From the sequence record OR620964.1: DNA of 64,000 nt, one strand, 5' to 3'. The first letter of the stretch is position 1. Every line of letters begins with the position of its first letter. The position numbers were made by a program, and so were the translations under genes. Shown in pieces: positions 29,544 to 39,730 of this stretch. The notes under the pieces are model-generated. The model saw only the letters and a program-made list of their open reading frames with translations. It was not told the origin of the DNA and made no database searches.

Positions 29544-31490
29544 TTACTCCAGCTTGTATTTGCGACGGAACTCATCTGGCGTATAGATAGGGATACCCTT
29601 ATCCATAGCTTTCTGCATCTTAGCACTGCCTGACCCAGGGTCTTTAGCAATCAAGATAGTTGTATCAGATTTCATACTATCGGAGCTGGTACCTCCCAAA
29701 CGGACAATAGTCTGTGCAAGCTCTTTATCACGGATGCCAGTAAATGCGACATTGAACCCACGCATACGCGCTGAGGTAACAACAACTTTCTCAGGAGCAC
29801 GTAGCTTAATTCCAATTGTCTGTGCTAGACGATAGCCATTGATACAGGCAGAAGCCAGATCAGGTGCTTTTGTTTTAACACCTTCTATGCTAGCGATCAA
29901 CATAGTCAGGTCAGCAGTAGCATCACGTTTAACCACTTGCATAAGGTTAGGTATCTGGTCAACAATCTTATCGAAAGTTGTATCAGCACCACGCATAAAG
30001 TAAGGCGAAACAGCTTTAAGCCATTTGTTTAAGTCAGTGCCCTTCTTATACGTTTGAATATCTTTAGCCAGCTTACGTCCACGGCTATCACCAAGAACAT
30101 CACGCAGGATAGTAGCAGAAGTAGCGAACACGGCCTCTGGTGTTTTGATTCCACTAGCAATCAACAGATTACAGGAAGAGGAACCCATGTTATCTATCTC
30201 TAACTTAGAGAAGAAACTAGCTAACATCCGAGAGTCAGATACCGAGGTCTTATTCTTGGCAACAAACTCAACACCTTTGAGTGTGTATGGAACGTCAGGC
30301 AACTTAGGCTTCTTAGCAGGTTTCAGTATCTCCATGATATATGGAATCACTTTACCGCTTCGAATAAGTTTAACAACTGCTCCGGGACCTAGGGGTCGTA
30401 ATCCATGTGGCGGCTCTTTATTCTTCTTAGGCTTAAGGTATCCATGCTGTACGTAATACCCATTATGCCCATTGGCTCTCTGCACTGTCACACCACCAGC
30501 CATCTGAGTAGGCTCAAAGATAGCAACTGGCTGCAATAGACCGTACTTTGTTTCTTGGTAGATGATGTCCTTTACTTTGACAACAACAGCATCAGCATCA
30601 GAATTCATTTTAAATTTGAATGCATGTTTTGGGTTAGATGCAGTTGCCTTAGGCGTAGGCACATCATTCGTTACAACGATTCCATCGAGTTCGTATACAG
30701 ACTTACCTATACGCTTTTCCAGCAAAGCAACTAACTGATCTTGGTCTAAATCAGAGAATGGGCCGAAGTGGCGCACAACATCAAAGCCATACTTTGTAAG
30801 TAACTTTAGCTGTAGGCTCTGTTTCTTATCAGCGTAGTATCCACCAATAATACCAAAGCAAACAAAGCGAACATGTTTAAACTCACTCTTTGTCTCAAAG
30901 TTACGCACAAGTCCAGAGGCTGCGTTACGTGCTGCCTTAAATCTACCGCCAGCAGTCGTATGCATCTTAGCCATAAACGTCTTTTCGTTTATTAAGGCTT
31001 CGGATCGAATAACCATCTGACCTTTTTGTGGAATCTTCTGTGGTATACGCATAGCAGGGATATGATGGGATACATCCTTTCCCTTAGTAGCATCACCGCG
31101 AGTATACGCAGCAACAGGTACGCCGCCCTCATACACAATCTCGATACTTAGGCCATCTAACTTATCACTGATAATCTTATCTTCACCATCAGCCAGTGCC
31201 TTATCAATCTGCGTAGAACCTAATTGATATTGATTAAGACTTGCCATAGGCACAGGTAGCTTCACATCATCGTCTGTCTTGGCTCCAATCTTCTTGGCCA
31301 ACTTAGATTTTGGCCACTTCTCATTTATGTATGAGCGAATGGCATCATATACAGAATCTGAAACAAGGTCATCCTCATCAGAAAAGAAAGCGTTATCTAA
31401 CGCAGCAACCAGCTTTACGGCCTGGCCCAACGTCAGCGTATCCATTACCTTACGTGGGTTCTTGTTTAACCGAGCTAACGATATATTCAT
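29544..31490 (-). CDS. ligA: NAD-dependent DNA ligase
   Basis: Domain Ia SDSVYD, motif I KLDG, YTRGD, ARNAASG, ELDGIV, AFKF, OB fold (RSGKVIP), HhH and C-terminal BRCT (FTG...GG...AKMQKA...GIPI). Confidence 0.95.
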   Translation of the reverse strand: MNISLARLNKNPRKVMDTLTLGQAVKLVAALDNAFFSDEDDLVSDSVYDAIRSYINEKWPKSKLAKKIGAKTDDDVKLPVPMASLNQYQLGSTQIDKALADGEDKIISDKLDGLSIEIVYEGGVPVAAYTRGDATKGKDVSHHIPAMRIPQKIPQKGQMVIRSEALINEKTFMAKMHTTAGGRFKAARNAASGLVRNFETKSEFKHVRFVCFGIIGGYYADKKQSLQLKLLTKYGFDVVRHFGPFSDLDQDQLVALLEKRIGKSVYELDGIVVTNDVPTPKATASNPKHAFKFKMNSDADAVVVKVKDIIYQETKYGLLQPVAIFEPTQMAGGVTVQRANGHNGYYVQHGYLKPKKNKEPPHGLRPLGPGAVVKLIRSGKVIPYIMEILKPAKKPKLPDVPYTLKGVEFVAKNKTSVSDSRMLASFFSKLEIDNMGSSSCNLLIASGIKTPEAVFATSATILRDVLGDSRGRKLAKDIQTYKKGTDLNKWLKAVSPYFMRGADTTFDKIVDQIPNLMQVVKRDATADLTMLIASIEGVKTKAPDLASACINGYRLAQTIGIKLRAPEKVVVTSARMRGFNVAFTGIRDKELAQTIVRLGGTSSDSMKSDTTILIAKDPGSGSAKMQKAMDKGIPIYTPDEFRRKYKLE

Positions 31491-31550
31491 CGCAGAATCC
31501 TAATCAAAGTAAAAGAGCTGGCTGCAATTAACAACCAGCTCTAACTATCT

Positions 31551-31559
31551 TATTTACAG
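31551..31559 (-). promoter_or_regulatory. CTGTAAATA motif, copy 2 (upstream of ligase)
   Basis: Intergenic exact match. Confidence 0.6.
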
Positions 31560-31561
31560 TC

Positions 31562-33460
31562 TTAGCTTGAGATAGGGTCTTTATTTACCTCATACTCTTC
31601 TGCCATATCGTATACCTGATTGAACATAGCAGGCTTCATATCTTTAATATGCTCCGCAATGTCGAACAGGCTCTGCTTACGCGCCCTATTGATGCGAATC
31701 TGCCGTACTTCATCTGGACTATTGGTAATGTCATATACAGTATATACAACAATATTATCACTAGCCTTATGGGAAGAAGCACGAAGAATAACCCAATCAC
31801 GTTTAAGTTTAGCATCTGCCTTGAATCGAATAACATCACCCTCTTCTGGCTCAGCGGCTTTAGAGCTTGGTGTATTCTTATTCTGCTCTGCATAGGCTTT
31901 GGCTGCTTTCATAGCCTCATCTTCTGCGGCAGCTACATCTGGGTCTTCTGCTATGACAGGATCAGTTTCATCCACTACTTCTGAGGTATCATCTTCTTCG
32001 TCCGTAGTGTCTTCATCATCGGCTGTGTCATCCTCCGAATCAACCTCTTCATCCTCCGAATCAACCTCTTCATCCTCAGCGTCTACTTCTTCATCCTCCG
32101 AATCAACCTCTTCATCCTCAGCGTCTACTTCTTCTTCATCGGCATCAACCTCTTCGGCATCAACCTCTTCGGCATCAACCTCTTCGGCATCAGCAGTATC
32201 GTCTGCCTCTTCATCAGGTGCAGCCTCAACGGATGGTAATGCTTTAGCAGCTTTCTTGCCTTTAGCTTTGGCACGAACATTCTTCTTGGCTGCAACAGCT
32301 TCATCATCTTCTGGTTCTTCTACATCATCCAGATTGAATAATGGATCTGTCTCTTCCTCAGCATCATCAGACAAACCGAATAAGGAACCAATAGTACCTT
32401 CAATATTAAGAGTATCCGCAGCGAATGCGCTATTCTCAAACAGGTCACCCAGCTCAATTTCTTCTGGTGTTTCTACATGCTCATTATCCAACTCGATTTC
32501 TTCTTCGTCCAAGTCTTCTGATAACTCTTCTTCGGCGAAAGCATCTTCTATAATCTTGCGTCGCTTAACTGTGAGTGTAGGTTCTTCTTCTACTTTATAC
32601 ACAGTTGGTGTGCGCTCACCTCTTTCTATCTGACCTGCAATATCATCTAGCTCTGCCTGACGTGCTGCGATACGCTCACGGTCTGCCCTACGTAGATCCT
32701 TAGCCTGTTGTTTCTTTTCAAGCTGTTTGGCACGTTCAGCCAGTCGCAATGCTTCACGTTCTTCTGCGGCAGACCGCTTAACCGCACGACGAATACCTTT
32801 CTTATAGTCAAGTATCTGCTCTACAGAAATATTACCGTTCGGCCAATCCTGAATTGGAAGTAATCGTGTCTCAGAAACAACACGGTCATAATCCTCTACA
32901 GGTAGCTTTAAATACAAGCCATCTTGATTTATGAGAACGCCGCCTTTAGACTCACGCAGAAAACGCATACCAACAAGTTCATTCTTAGGCAATGTGATCT
33001 GCCCTTTAGAATGACGAATCTTGTAGTTTGGCACTTCTGTCATTCGCCACTGGTAGTTTGAGAAGTCAGCGCCGTTAACAGACTCTCGTGGTATCTTGGT
33101 TGGAGCAAAACGAGCCGCATCAAACGTCTTACGTGCTAATTGTCGTTCAATAGAACGAATGCCACTTGCCTTGGCTCTACCTGTACGCGCATTCAAATCA
33201 GGTGTCTTACGGAGTTTTTTACTGCGCTCTATAAGAAACTGACCGGTCTTCATATCAATAGGAAAATCAACATGAAGCATATCAGGGAAAATTAAAGTGT
33301 AGCGAGTACCATTCTTTAGGGGTTTGAGTCCATAGGTATCACCTTGTTTAATCATTCGCTTGTGTGAACGCTGTGCAACTTCCTTTCCGCGCGGGCCATC
33401 GTAGGTGAACCACGCAAAGAGAGAACTCGCATCTTCAAATGAAGCTGATAGTGAGTGCAT
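31562..33460 (-). CDS. Large acidic virion/internal protein (632 aa) with two copies of the shared domain
   Basis: MHSLSA start, WFTYDG...IKQGDTYGL domain, coiled coil, long D/E repeat tract and compact C-terminal domain. Confidence 0.7.
   Translation of the reverse strand: MHSLSASFEDASSLFAWFTYDGPRGKEVAQRSHKRMIKQGDTYGLKPLKNGTRYTLIFPDMLHVDFPIDMKTGQFLIERSKKLRKTPDLNARTGRAKASGIRSIERQLARKTFDAARFAPTKIPRESVNGADFSNYQWRMTEVPNYKIRHSKGQITLPKNELVGMRFLRESKGGVLINQDGLYLKLPVEDYDRVVSETRLLPIQDWPNGNISVEQILDYKKGIRRAVKRSAAEEREALRLAERAKQLEKKQQAKDLRRADRERIAARQAELDDIAGQIERGERTPTVYKVEEEPTLTVKRRKIIEDAFAEEELSEDLDEEEIELDNEHVETPEEIELGDLFENSAFAADTLNIEGTIGSLFGLSDDAEEETDPLFNLDDVEEPEDDEAVAAKKNVRAKAKGKKAAKALPSVEAAPDEEADDTADAEEVDAEEVDAEEVDADEEEVDAEDEEVDSEDEEVDAEDEEVDSEDEEVDSEDDTADDEDTTDEEDDTSEVVDETDPVIAEDPDVAAAEDEAMKAAKAYAEQNKNTPSSKAAEPEEGDVIRFKADAKLKRDWVILRASSHKASDNIVVYTVYDITNSPDEVRQIRINRARKQSLFDIAEHIKDMKPAMFNQVYDMAEEYEVNKDPISS
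32029..32190 (-). repeat. Intragenic tandem repeats (21-nt EDEEVD[SA] and 15-nt EEVDA units)
   Basis: tcatcctccgaatcaacctct-type units repeated about 5 times and ggcatcaacctcttc about 3 times. Confidence 0.85.
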
Positions 33461-33522
33461 ATGATTGTTACTCTGCTGGTTACGGATAGTGAAAATTATG
33501 ATCGGATGAAGAAAGCGGGGAA

Positions 33523-36500
33523 TTAACCCCCGCTGATATATCCTCTTACATCACAGCCTGCGTCACCACATGAGGATTCACATGGAACAACAAGCGCCCA
33601 AGTCCAGTAACCATCAGGTTGCTGAATACCATACACTCGTTCAGGAGCATGTCCCCAAACCTCTACAGCATTGGTCAGTGCATCAAGTTCGGTCTCGAAG
33701 TATCCGTTCTTAAGCTGGTCAGGCTGCCCCTCATCTACTGGTATAGTCTCAAAACTGAACACAGTAGATGCAGGGAACACAGCTTTCTTAGGCTCTGTGA
33801 TTTCCTCATATTCTATGCTGTCGAATACTGCCCTATCTCGCCCATTAATTCCATCATACAACAAATTAATAGGAGACATAAACACCGTAGTACCAGATCG
33901 CTTAGGCATAGAGGCAACTTGTATCACATTGCGTTGAACATCTGTAGCCTCACTGGATTCCATTTGCCTTTTATTCTGGATTCCCCATACTGGCACAAGA
34001 GATTCATGCAGTATCGGTTCCAGCGCCTGTGTATTATTAGGTATCATACTGTGCTGATACGTTACAGTTCTTCCAGCATCACGTTGTCCCATCGCTATAT
34101 GATAGTATTGGTACTCATAATACTCGCGGGCAACAGGAGGTTTTATGTTTGTCTGGGGTAGAACCCTTCGAACAACACGAACGCCCATACCTAGACTATA
34201 CGGATACACAGAAGGAACTGCATGTGCTTCTGTATTTACTTTTGCAGCGTACGGCAATACCATTGTGCGCGGGTCAGACGCTCCCACTAGGTAGGACGGA
34301 CTGCTCTCAGACCAACTAGAACCGAACACGTCATGTTTATTTGTAGAACCATCCTCAATCCAAGAAAATGCTGCTGGTATGATACTATGTGGCGTAAGCG
34401 TTACTCTATGCGCCAGTCGTATATCATTCCTTACCTGTATAACGTTAGACGCCGCTCTGTTTTCAGCGCGAATATCATTCGGGATATGTGATAAAGTTCC
34501 CTGCAAAGAAAGCTGAACCTCATTTAACACTCCTGATACCGCAGTAGATGATATGGAATTAGGTATAAGTTCACCCTGGGCCATTGAGTCTACAGACGTT
34601 ACTCTGTGTGCAGGTGCTGCATTAATCTCACTTGAAGGTTTTATCCAATGAACAACATTAATACCGGGTGCGGTTAAAAATTCATGACATATATCAGTTT
34701 TGATCTCAAATTCAGTCCGTGTAGTATCATGCGTATGATTATCTAATACATGGAAGAACTCTGTATCCGTTTCACCATACTTGTGTGTATCTAAGATATG
34801 CACGAATGGTGTATCGAAGACACGAGGTATTTCAGACGTAACACCCTTGTATGACATATCAATATCCGCATGCCTATCAAGTACAACATCTTGGAATATA
34901 GTACCAAACGTTGTCTCTTTTAGCTCCTGCGTAATATACGATGCATTTATTTCTTGAATTGATACACGAGGTTTTGTTACAGCATCTATCGCAGTCTTGA
35001 ACACAGAAGTTATTCGCTGTACGGTATTCAACAAGATTTGAGTAACGCCTACCACAGGTCGATAACTATACGTCGGATCGACTGTCATGTTATATAGCCA
35101 TTCAATCTTCGCATCTCCGAGATACAAAGTATGAGGCTGATCCTGCGATGGATATCCTCCCATAACAAGAATAAGAGAAGCACACTCCACCACATTAAGT
35201 TCTGTGGTAGTGTTGTACACACCCCGTGAATCTAACTCAACGTTTAGTGGTATTCCATTTTTCTCAAGGATGATACCAGCAGGCACGTGAATATTAGTCC
35301 AGAAATTCTCAGGGACAGAGTCAAACGTAATATCGGCTGTCTCCGTATAAACGTAGCGCTCGCCTCTGACCGACATAGGCTGATCATCAAGCCAATGGTC
35401 ATGTGACCATACCTGCCATTCGTAGTCGAATAGTACAGAGTTAAATCTAACAACGTTCTTTTTACTCTCACTCGGGGTATATCGCAAACGGGTGCTAGCG
35501 CCTATAGCAAGAGAAAGTGTTTGTCCTCCCTGTATCCACTCAGCCTCGCCCTCGGTTATAACCAGATCTAGAGTGACTTGTCCTGTGTTCACAAACACAT
35601 CAGACATTACTTCCGATCCAACAGGCATGTATGCCCAGTTTCTGGATTGTTTCAGTTTAGCTTCTGTTATGGTATAGAGGCCAAATCTATCCGTGTAGTC
35701 CCCAACAGTCACAGTAATAGGTGTTGATATAGTATCATGATGTAGAGAGAAAGCAAGTGTATCATTGTTCCGTATATACACAGGCATTTCTGTTTCAGTG
35801 CCATTTACGAGTATCTTAACTCTCTCGTAATCCACTCCACCATCAAGAGTGACTGATACAGGTACTAAGACATTTATACCCGTAATAGTCAGTGTTTCTG
35901 TATCATACCAGTAGTCTTCAGGTAAGTTAAATGCGTTACGGAAATGGAATGCATCAGGCAGAGAATCAGGTTGAACTTCTACTAATCCAGAGCTTCTACC
36001 CAGGGACACAGGGAATGGTGTTTGAGTCATGTACTCATGTGTAGCTGTTACGGTAACTTCATCACCATTTCGTGCGTATCGACCAGGCGTACCATTAACC
36101 TTAGCTGACCACTCAATACCCTCGGGCAGTGTGATTGGAAGTGATAGTTCAGTATCTTCCAACACAGCGGTAAAAGTAAATGTAACGCTTGTTCCTAATT
36201 CGTGGTCGAACGTAGGGAGTACAGCGTCATAATTACGGGTACTTATATGCTTTACTTTCAACGCAGGTCGAGCAATAAAAAAGAACTTACGCTGGGCAGG
36301 ATCATTTCCATAAGGCTGTGTTGTTAGTCCTAGGAATGATTTAAATGCACCAGTAGTTGCCGGAGTAGAGGGTGAAGTAAAATCGAATACTGTGTTGCGC
36401 CCATTAGATTCATACCCAGATGATACCAATCCACCTAAGTTAGACCAAGATGCAGTTGTGTTATATACCAAAAGGTCATCAGCAACTAAAGGTCTTGCAG

Positions 36501-37551
36501 GCGCGTGTTGTATGTTATCTCTGATATTGAACTGATATATCTTATCACCGTTATTGGCTGATTTATCGACACCAGTTACAACAACAGAGGCTGGGGTAAA
36601 TTGGTACCAAAATACGTCAGGTGCGTTTGATACAGAACTACCTATCAGCTTGCCTTCCAGGGTCAGCATCACATCAAATGAATCTGAGGCTGATACATAG
36701 AAATGATCTTGACGTATTTCAGTAAGATCAAAGCGTCCAGAATAGAATCTAGCTTTACCGTAGGTATCAAACAGAATAAAGGAATCTTCTTGATTTATAC
36801 CTACTCCTTTTTTCCTGTAAACTACGTGATTCAGCTTATCTGTATAGCTTAGGGTCTGCACTAGCACCATCTTACTATTGTATTGCTCAATCTTACCACT
36901 TCTATGAAACAGGATGACTTCGCGCCTATGACTATAGGGACTATATCGTACCACAGCAGAAGCTAGGTCAACACTATTTATCTGGCCGTATTTTTTAACA
37001 TCGGCCAAATTGTTTGAGACAGATAACCAATACAGAATCTTCTTATCGCGATCATATGTCACCATAATAGGCAAGTCAGACTCAAAGGGAACTGACTCAA
37101 GTGTTTCCAGTTTCACAGTAGAGGCATTTGCTAATGCATTTGATGTAGGGATAGACACACCTCCACCTAACACAAGGCCGCCGTAAGCGGGATCAACAGT
37201 GGCGCCTAGAGGCAACGCATCAAAGCCCTGTGTCAACAGTCTGTAGTCAATTTCTCTGCTTTGACTGCATATCAAGTTTCTAGAAGCAGTCTGAGATAAT
37301 GCCCAGTCTCCGTGGAAATCATAATACACGAGAACTGATTTTGCTATCTTTTGATCAGTAGGGCCATTAGCGTTAATGCCAACAACATACATGCCGAACT
37401 CATCAGGGGCTACGGTCTTCTCTAGGTCACCTGTGTCAAACTCACCTCCGACTATACGAAACAGCACAGCGCCCGTAACATCAGAAATAGTAAGACTCTG
37501 AGACCAGGAAATAGGACCATCAGCAACTATAGTTTGAATTAAATTTGCCAT
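33523..37551 (-). CDS. Large tail/fibre-associated structural protein (1342 aa)
   Basis: Beta-rich with internal repeats (PDAFHF/TETLTITGINV); lies in the fibre cluster; Cys-rich C-terminus. Confidence 0.6.
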   Translation of the reverse strand: MANLIQTIVADGPISWSQSLTISDVTGAVLFRIVGGEFDTGDLEKTVAPDEFGMYVVGINANGPTDQKIAKSVLVYYDFHGDWALSQTASRNLICSQSREIDYRLLTQGFDALPLGATVDPAYGGLVLGGGVSIPTSNALANASTVKLETLESVPFESDLPIMVTYDRDKKILYWLSVSNNLADVKKYGQINSVDLASAVVRYSPYSHRREVILFHRSGKIEQYNSKMVLVQTLSYTDKLNHVVYRKKGVGINQEDSFILFDTYGKARFYSGRFDLTEIRQDHFYVSASDSFDVMLTLEGKLIGSSVSNAPDVFWYQFTPASVVVTGVDKSANNGDKIYQFNIRDNIQHAPARPLVADDLLVYNTTASWSNLGGLVSSGYESNGRNTVFDFTSPSTPATTGAFKSFLGLTTQPYGNDPAQRKFFFIARPALKVKHISTRNYDAVLPTFDHELGTSVTFTFTAVLEDTELSLPITLPEGIEWSAKVNGTPGRYARNGDEVTVTATHEYMTQTPFPVSLGRSSGLVEVQPDSLPDAFHFRNAFNLPEDYWYDTETLTITGINVLVPVSVTLDGGVDYERVKILVNGTETEMPVYIRNNDTLAFSLHHDTISTPITVTVGDYTDRFGLYTITEAKLKQSRNWAYMPVGSEVMSDVFVNTGQVTLDLVITEGEAEWIQGGQTLSLAIGASTRLRYTPSESKKNVVRFNSVLFDYEWQVWSHDHWLDDQPMSVRGERYVYTETADITFDSVPENFWTNIHVPAGIILEKNGIPLNVELDSRGVYNTTTELNVVECASLILVMGGYPSQDQPHTLYLGDAKIEWLYNMTVDPTYSYRPVVGVTQILLNTVQRITSVFKTAIDAVTKPRVSIQEINASYITQELKETTFGTIFQDVVLDRHADIDMSYKGVTSEIPRVFDTPFVHILDTHKYGETDTEFFHVLDNHTHDTTRTEFEIKTDICHEFLTAPGINVVHWIKPSSEINAAPAHRVTSVDSMAQGELIPNSISSTAVSGVLNEVQLSLQGTLSHIPNDIRAENRAASNVIQVRNDIRLAHRVTLTPHSIIPAAFSWIEDGSTNKHDVFGSSWSESSPSYLVGASDPRTMVLPYAAKVNTEAHAVPSVYPYSLGMGVRVVRRVLPQTNIKPPVAREYYEYQYYHIAMGQRDAGRTVTYQHSMIPNNTQALEPILHESLVPVWGIQNKRQMESSEATDVQRNVIQVASMPKRSGTTVFMSPINLLYDGINGRDRAVFDSIEYEEITEPKKAVFPASTVFSFETIPVDEGQPDQLKNGYFETELDALTNAVEVWGHAPERVYGIQQPDGYWTWALVVPCESSCGDAGCDVRGYISGG

Positions 37552-37569
37552 TTGGTCACCTCACGAGAC

Positions 37570-37603
37570 AAAAACGAAAATGGGGAACCCGAAGGCCCCC
37601 CAG
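37570..37603 (-). terminator. Rho-independent terminator
   Basis: TGGGGGGCC-TTCG-GGGTTCCCCA followed by TTTTCGTTTTT, after the stop at 37611. Confidence 0.8.
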
Positions 37604-37610
37604 TGAGTGA

Positions 37611-38741
37611 TCAAACGCCGCCACCAGCAGCCAACAGGAATAAACGCATACCAGTGTTGTTAGGACTGTTTGCAGACAGAGCCATATACTTACGTTTCTT
37701 AGGCTGAGGTGGAACTTGATCGTCCACTTCGTCATATACCTGAACGTCGATTTCAACACCATTTGATACAACGTCAGCCGATGCATAACCGATCATATCG
37801 ATTTCATACGGATAGCTGTAGCGATGTGTATTGAAGCCCTGAGGCAGACGGAAGTCAAACTTATTGTCTTCTGAGAATGCAACCTGCTGTACTGGATTCA
37901 TAACAGCAAAGGCATCTGCCGAGTGCTGTACGGCAGATAGTGGTGGAGTTGGTGTATTAACATCAGCCTCACGTACAGTAAAGCGCATGATGCCAGTTGG
38001 AACCAACGTAGAGTTATCCGCTGAACCGCCACCATTAACTGAGTATACACAGAACAGAGGTGCTTTGCCCTCGAGCACGACAGAGCCATCACGGTTGATA
38101 GCACGTTGCACACAAACCCACGCAGAGCGACAGCCCAAGTTATCCTGACCTTCCACAGAGATATGCAGAGCAAACCCATGATTAGAGATAGCCAGACGAT
38201 ATGTGAATGGTGTCGCTTTATTATCCGCACGAATAAGAGCATCAGCCTGAGTAGCTGTGTACGACATTGTACCAGCATAGTTTGGAGTTACTGCACCTGA
38301 GATATCAATACCGCGATGATAGAAGTAGTTTTCATTAGCTGGATTATTATCTTTGTCTTGAGATACAGAAGTACCTGTATATCGTGCTCCAACAGAACCA
38401 GCAGTAGTAGGTACTTGTACACTACCAGCTGTGGTAGAGCCTGTCTTAGCTACTTCACCAAGATCGCTAATCTGGTCTGGGGTAGCAATGTTAAGACGGG
38501 TAGACAACGGTGCAAGGACACCTGCGATGCGCCAGCGCTGCGATCCGGCAATACCTGCGGCAGCATCTACAGTATTAGTCGCCTCAATAACAAAGCTAGC
38601 AAGCGCCGTAGTAGGCATGGAGGAAGTCGCAGTGCCGTTAGCACCAATCAATGTAAAGCCGTTAGCAACCATTGTGGTGACAATATCTTTCCACATTGCT
38701 TGGTTATCAACGAAACCAGTTTTTTCAACAAAAATGCCCAT
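37611..38741 (-). CDS. Virion structural protein, paralog A (376 aa)
   Basis: Shares HG.AL.I..EG.D, PLFC.YS, INP.QQV, DM.GY.SADV and N.GMR motifs with the next gene. Confidence 0.7.
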   Translation of the reverse strand: MGIFVEKTGFVDNQAMWKDIVTTMVANGFTLIGANGTATSSMPTTALASFVIEATNTVDAAAGIAGSQRWRIAGVLAPLSTRLNIATPDQISDLGEVAKTGSTTAGSVQVPTTAGSVGARYTGTSVSQDKDNNPANENYFYHRGIDISGAVTPNYAGTMSYTATQADALIRADNKATPFTYRLAISNHGFALHISVEGQDNLGCRSAWVCVQRAINRDGSVVLEGKAPLFCVYSVNGGGSADNSTLVPTGIMRFTVREADVNTPTPPLSAVQHSADAFAVMNPVQQVAFSEDNKFDFRLPQGFNTHRYSYPYEIDMIGYASADVVSNGVEIDVQVYDEVDDQVPPQPKKRKYMALSANSPNNTGMRLFLLAAGGGV

Positions 38742-38755
38742 GAAGATAATCCTTA

Positions 38756-39727
38756 TTACGCTGGAAGGCCAATTGGGAACAGAACGCGCATACCGCGGTT
38801 GTCTTTACCGTTTGCATTCATACCACGATACATATATGCAGTGCCAGTTGGGGATAATTCTATCTCAGAAGCGGCAGATAGAACATCCGCGGAGGTGTAC
38901 CCAAGCATATCTAGCATGGTGAAGTATACATAGCGATGCGAGTTGATCATTTGAGGGAACAGAACGCAAGCCTTATTCCCAACAGCAATCATTACTTGCT
39001 GCAAGGGGTTTATGATAGGCATTCCATCCGGTGTTCCCTGTGATGCCGAGATTGGAAGGGACGCACTATTGATACCTTCTTCGATAACTGTATACCGCAG
39101 CACAGAAGAAGCAATAGAAACATCTGGATCTCCGTTCTGGCCACCAGCACAAGAATATATACAGAACAGTGGACTTTTCTCACCAGCGGTAGTTTCACCA
39201 ATGGTGATTCCGCGCTGTGCAACAAACCAACTGAATGCAGTGCCAGTATTATCATAACCCTCAGCGTGAATCTGCAATGCTATACCATGGTCAGTAGTCA
39301 CCAAGTCGTATCCTAGTGGATACGCGGCCAAGGCAGCAGTTGGATTGATTTTCCAATCTTTAACAATATCAATAAAGTTATTGGCTAGCAATCCTCCTAC
39401 AGACAGACGACCTACCTGCTCTGTAGCAGAGCGGGAAGCTGCCTCAAACTGAGAAGTTACTTGCAGCTTTGGAAGAATACCTATACTAATCGTCTTCAAC
39501 ACGTTGTCTGCTCGAATAATAACAGTCCAAGGTTGTGTTGTTACTTGGCTATCAACACTTGCACCTGCATCCAGTGCCCAATGCTTGGAGCCAGGTGTAA
39601 CAGTTTGGCCGGAGGCAGCTTCTCCATCCTGACCAGTAAGTGTAAAGCCTGCTGTAATCATTTTTTCTACAAGATCACGAGACAATGCTTCTGGCCCGAT
39701 AAAATTGCGCCCTTTAATATATTGCAT
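38756..39727 (-). CDS. Virion structural protein, paralog B (323 aa)
   Basis: Same motifs as paralog A. Confidence 0.7.
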   Translation of the reverse strand: MQYIKGRNFIGPEALSRDLVEKMITAGFTLTGQDGEAASGQTVTPGSKHWALDAGASVDSQVTTQPWTVIIRADNVLKTISIGILPKLQVTSQFEAASRSATEQVGRLSVGGLLANNFIDIVKDWKINPTAALAAYPLGYDLVTTDHGIALQIHAEGYDNTGTAFSWFVAQRGITIGETTAGEKSPLFCIYSCAGGQNGDPDVSIASSVLRYTVIEEGINSASLPISASQGTPDGMPIINPLQQVMIAVGNKACVLFPQMINSHRYVYFTMLDMLGYTSADVLSAASEIELSPTGTAYMYRGMNANGKDNRGMRVLFPIGLPA

Positions 39728-39730
39728 GTA

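Noticed and set aside
22741-32190. CRISPR array from the short recurring repeats
   Set aside because: The repeats are in-frame coding units without unique equal-length spacers.
31899-32633. 244-aa Ser-rich plus-strand ORF
   Set aside because: Antisense shadow of the GAA/GAT-rich acidic repeat of the real minus-strand gene.
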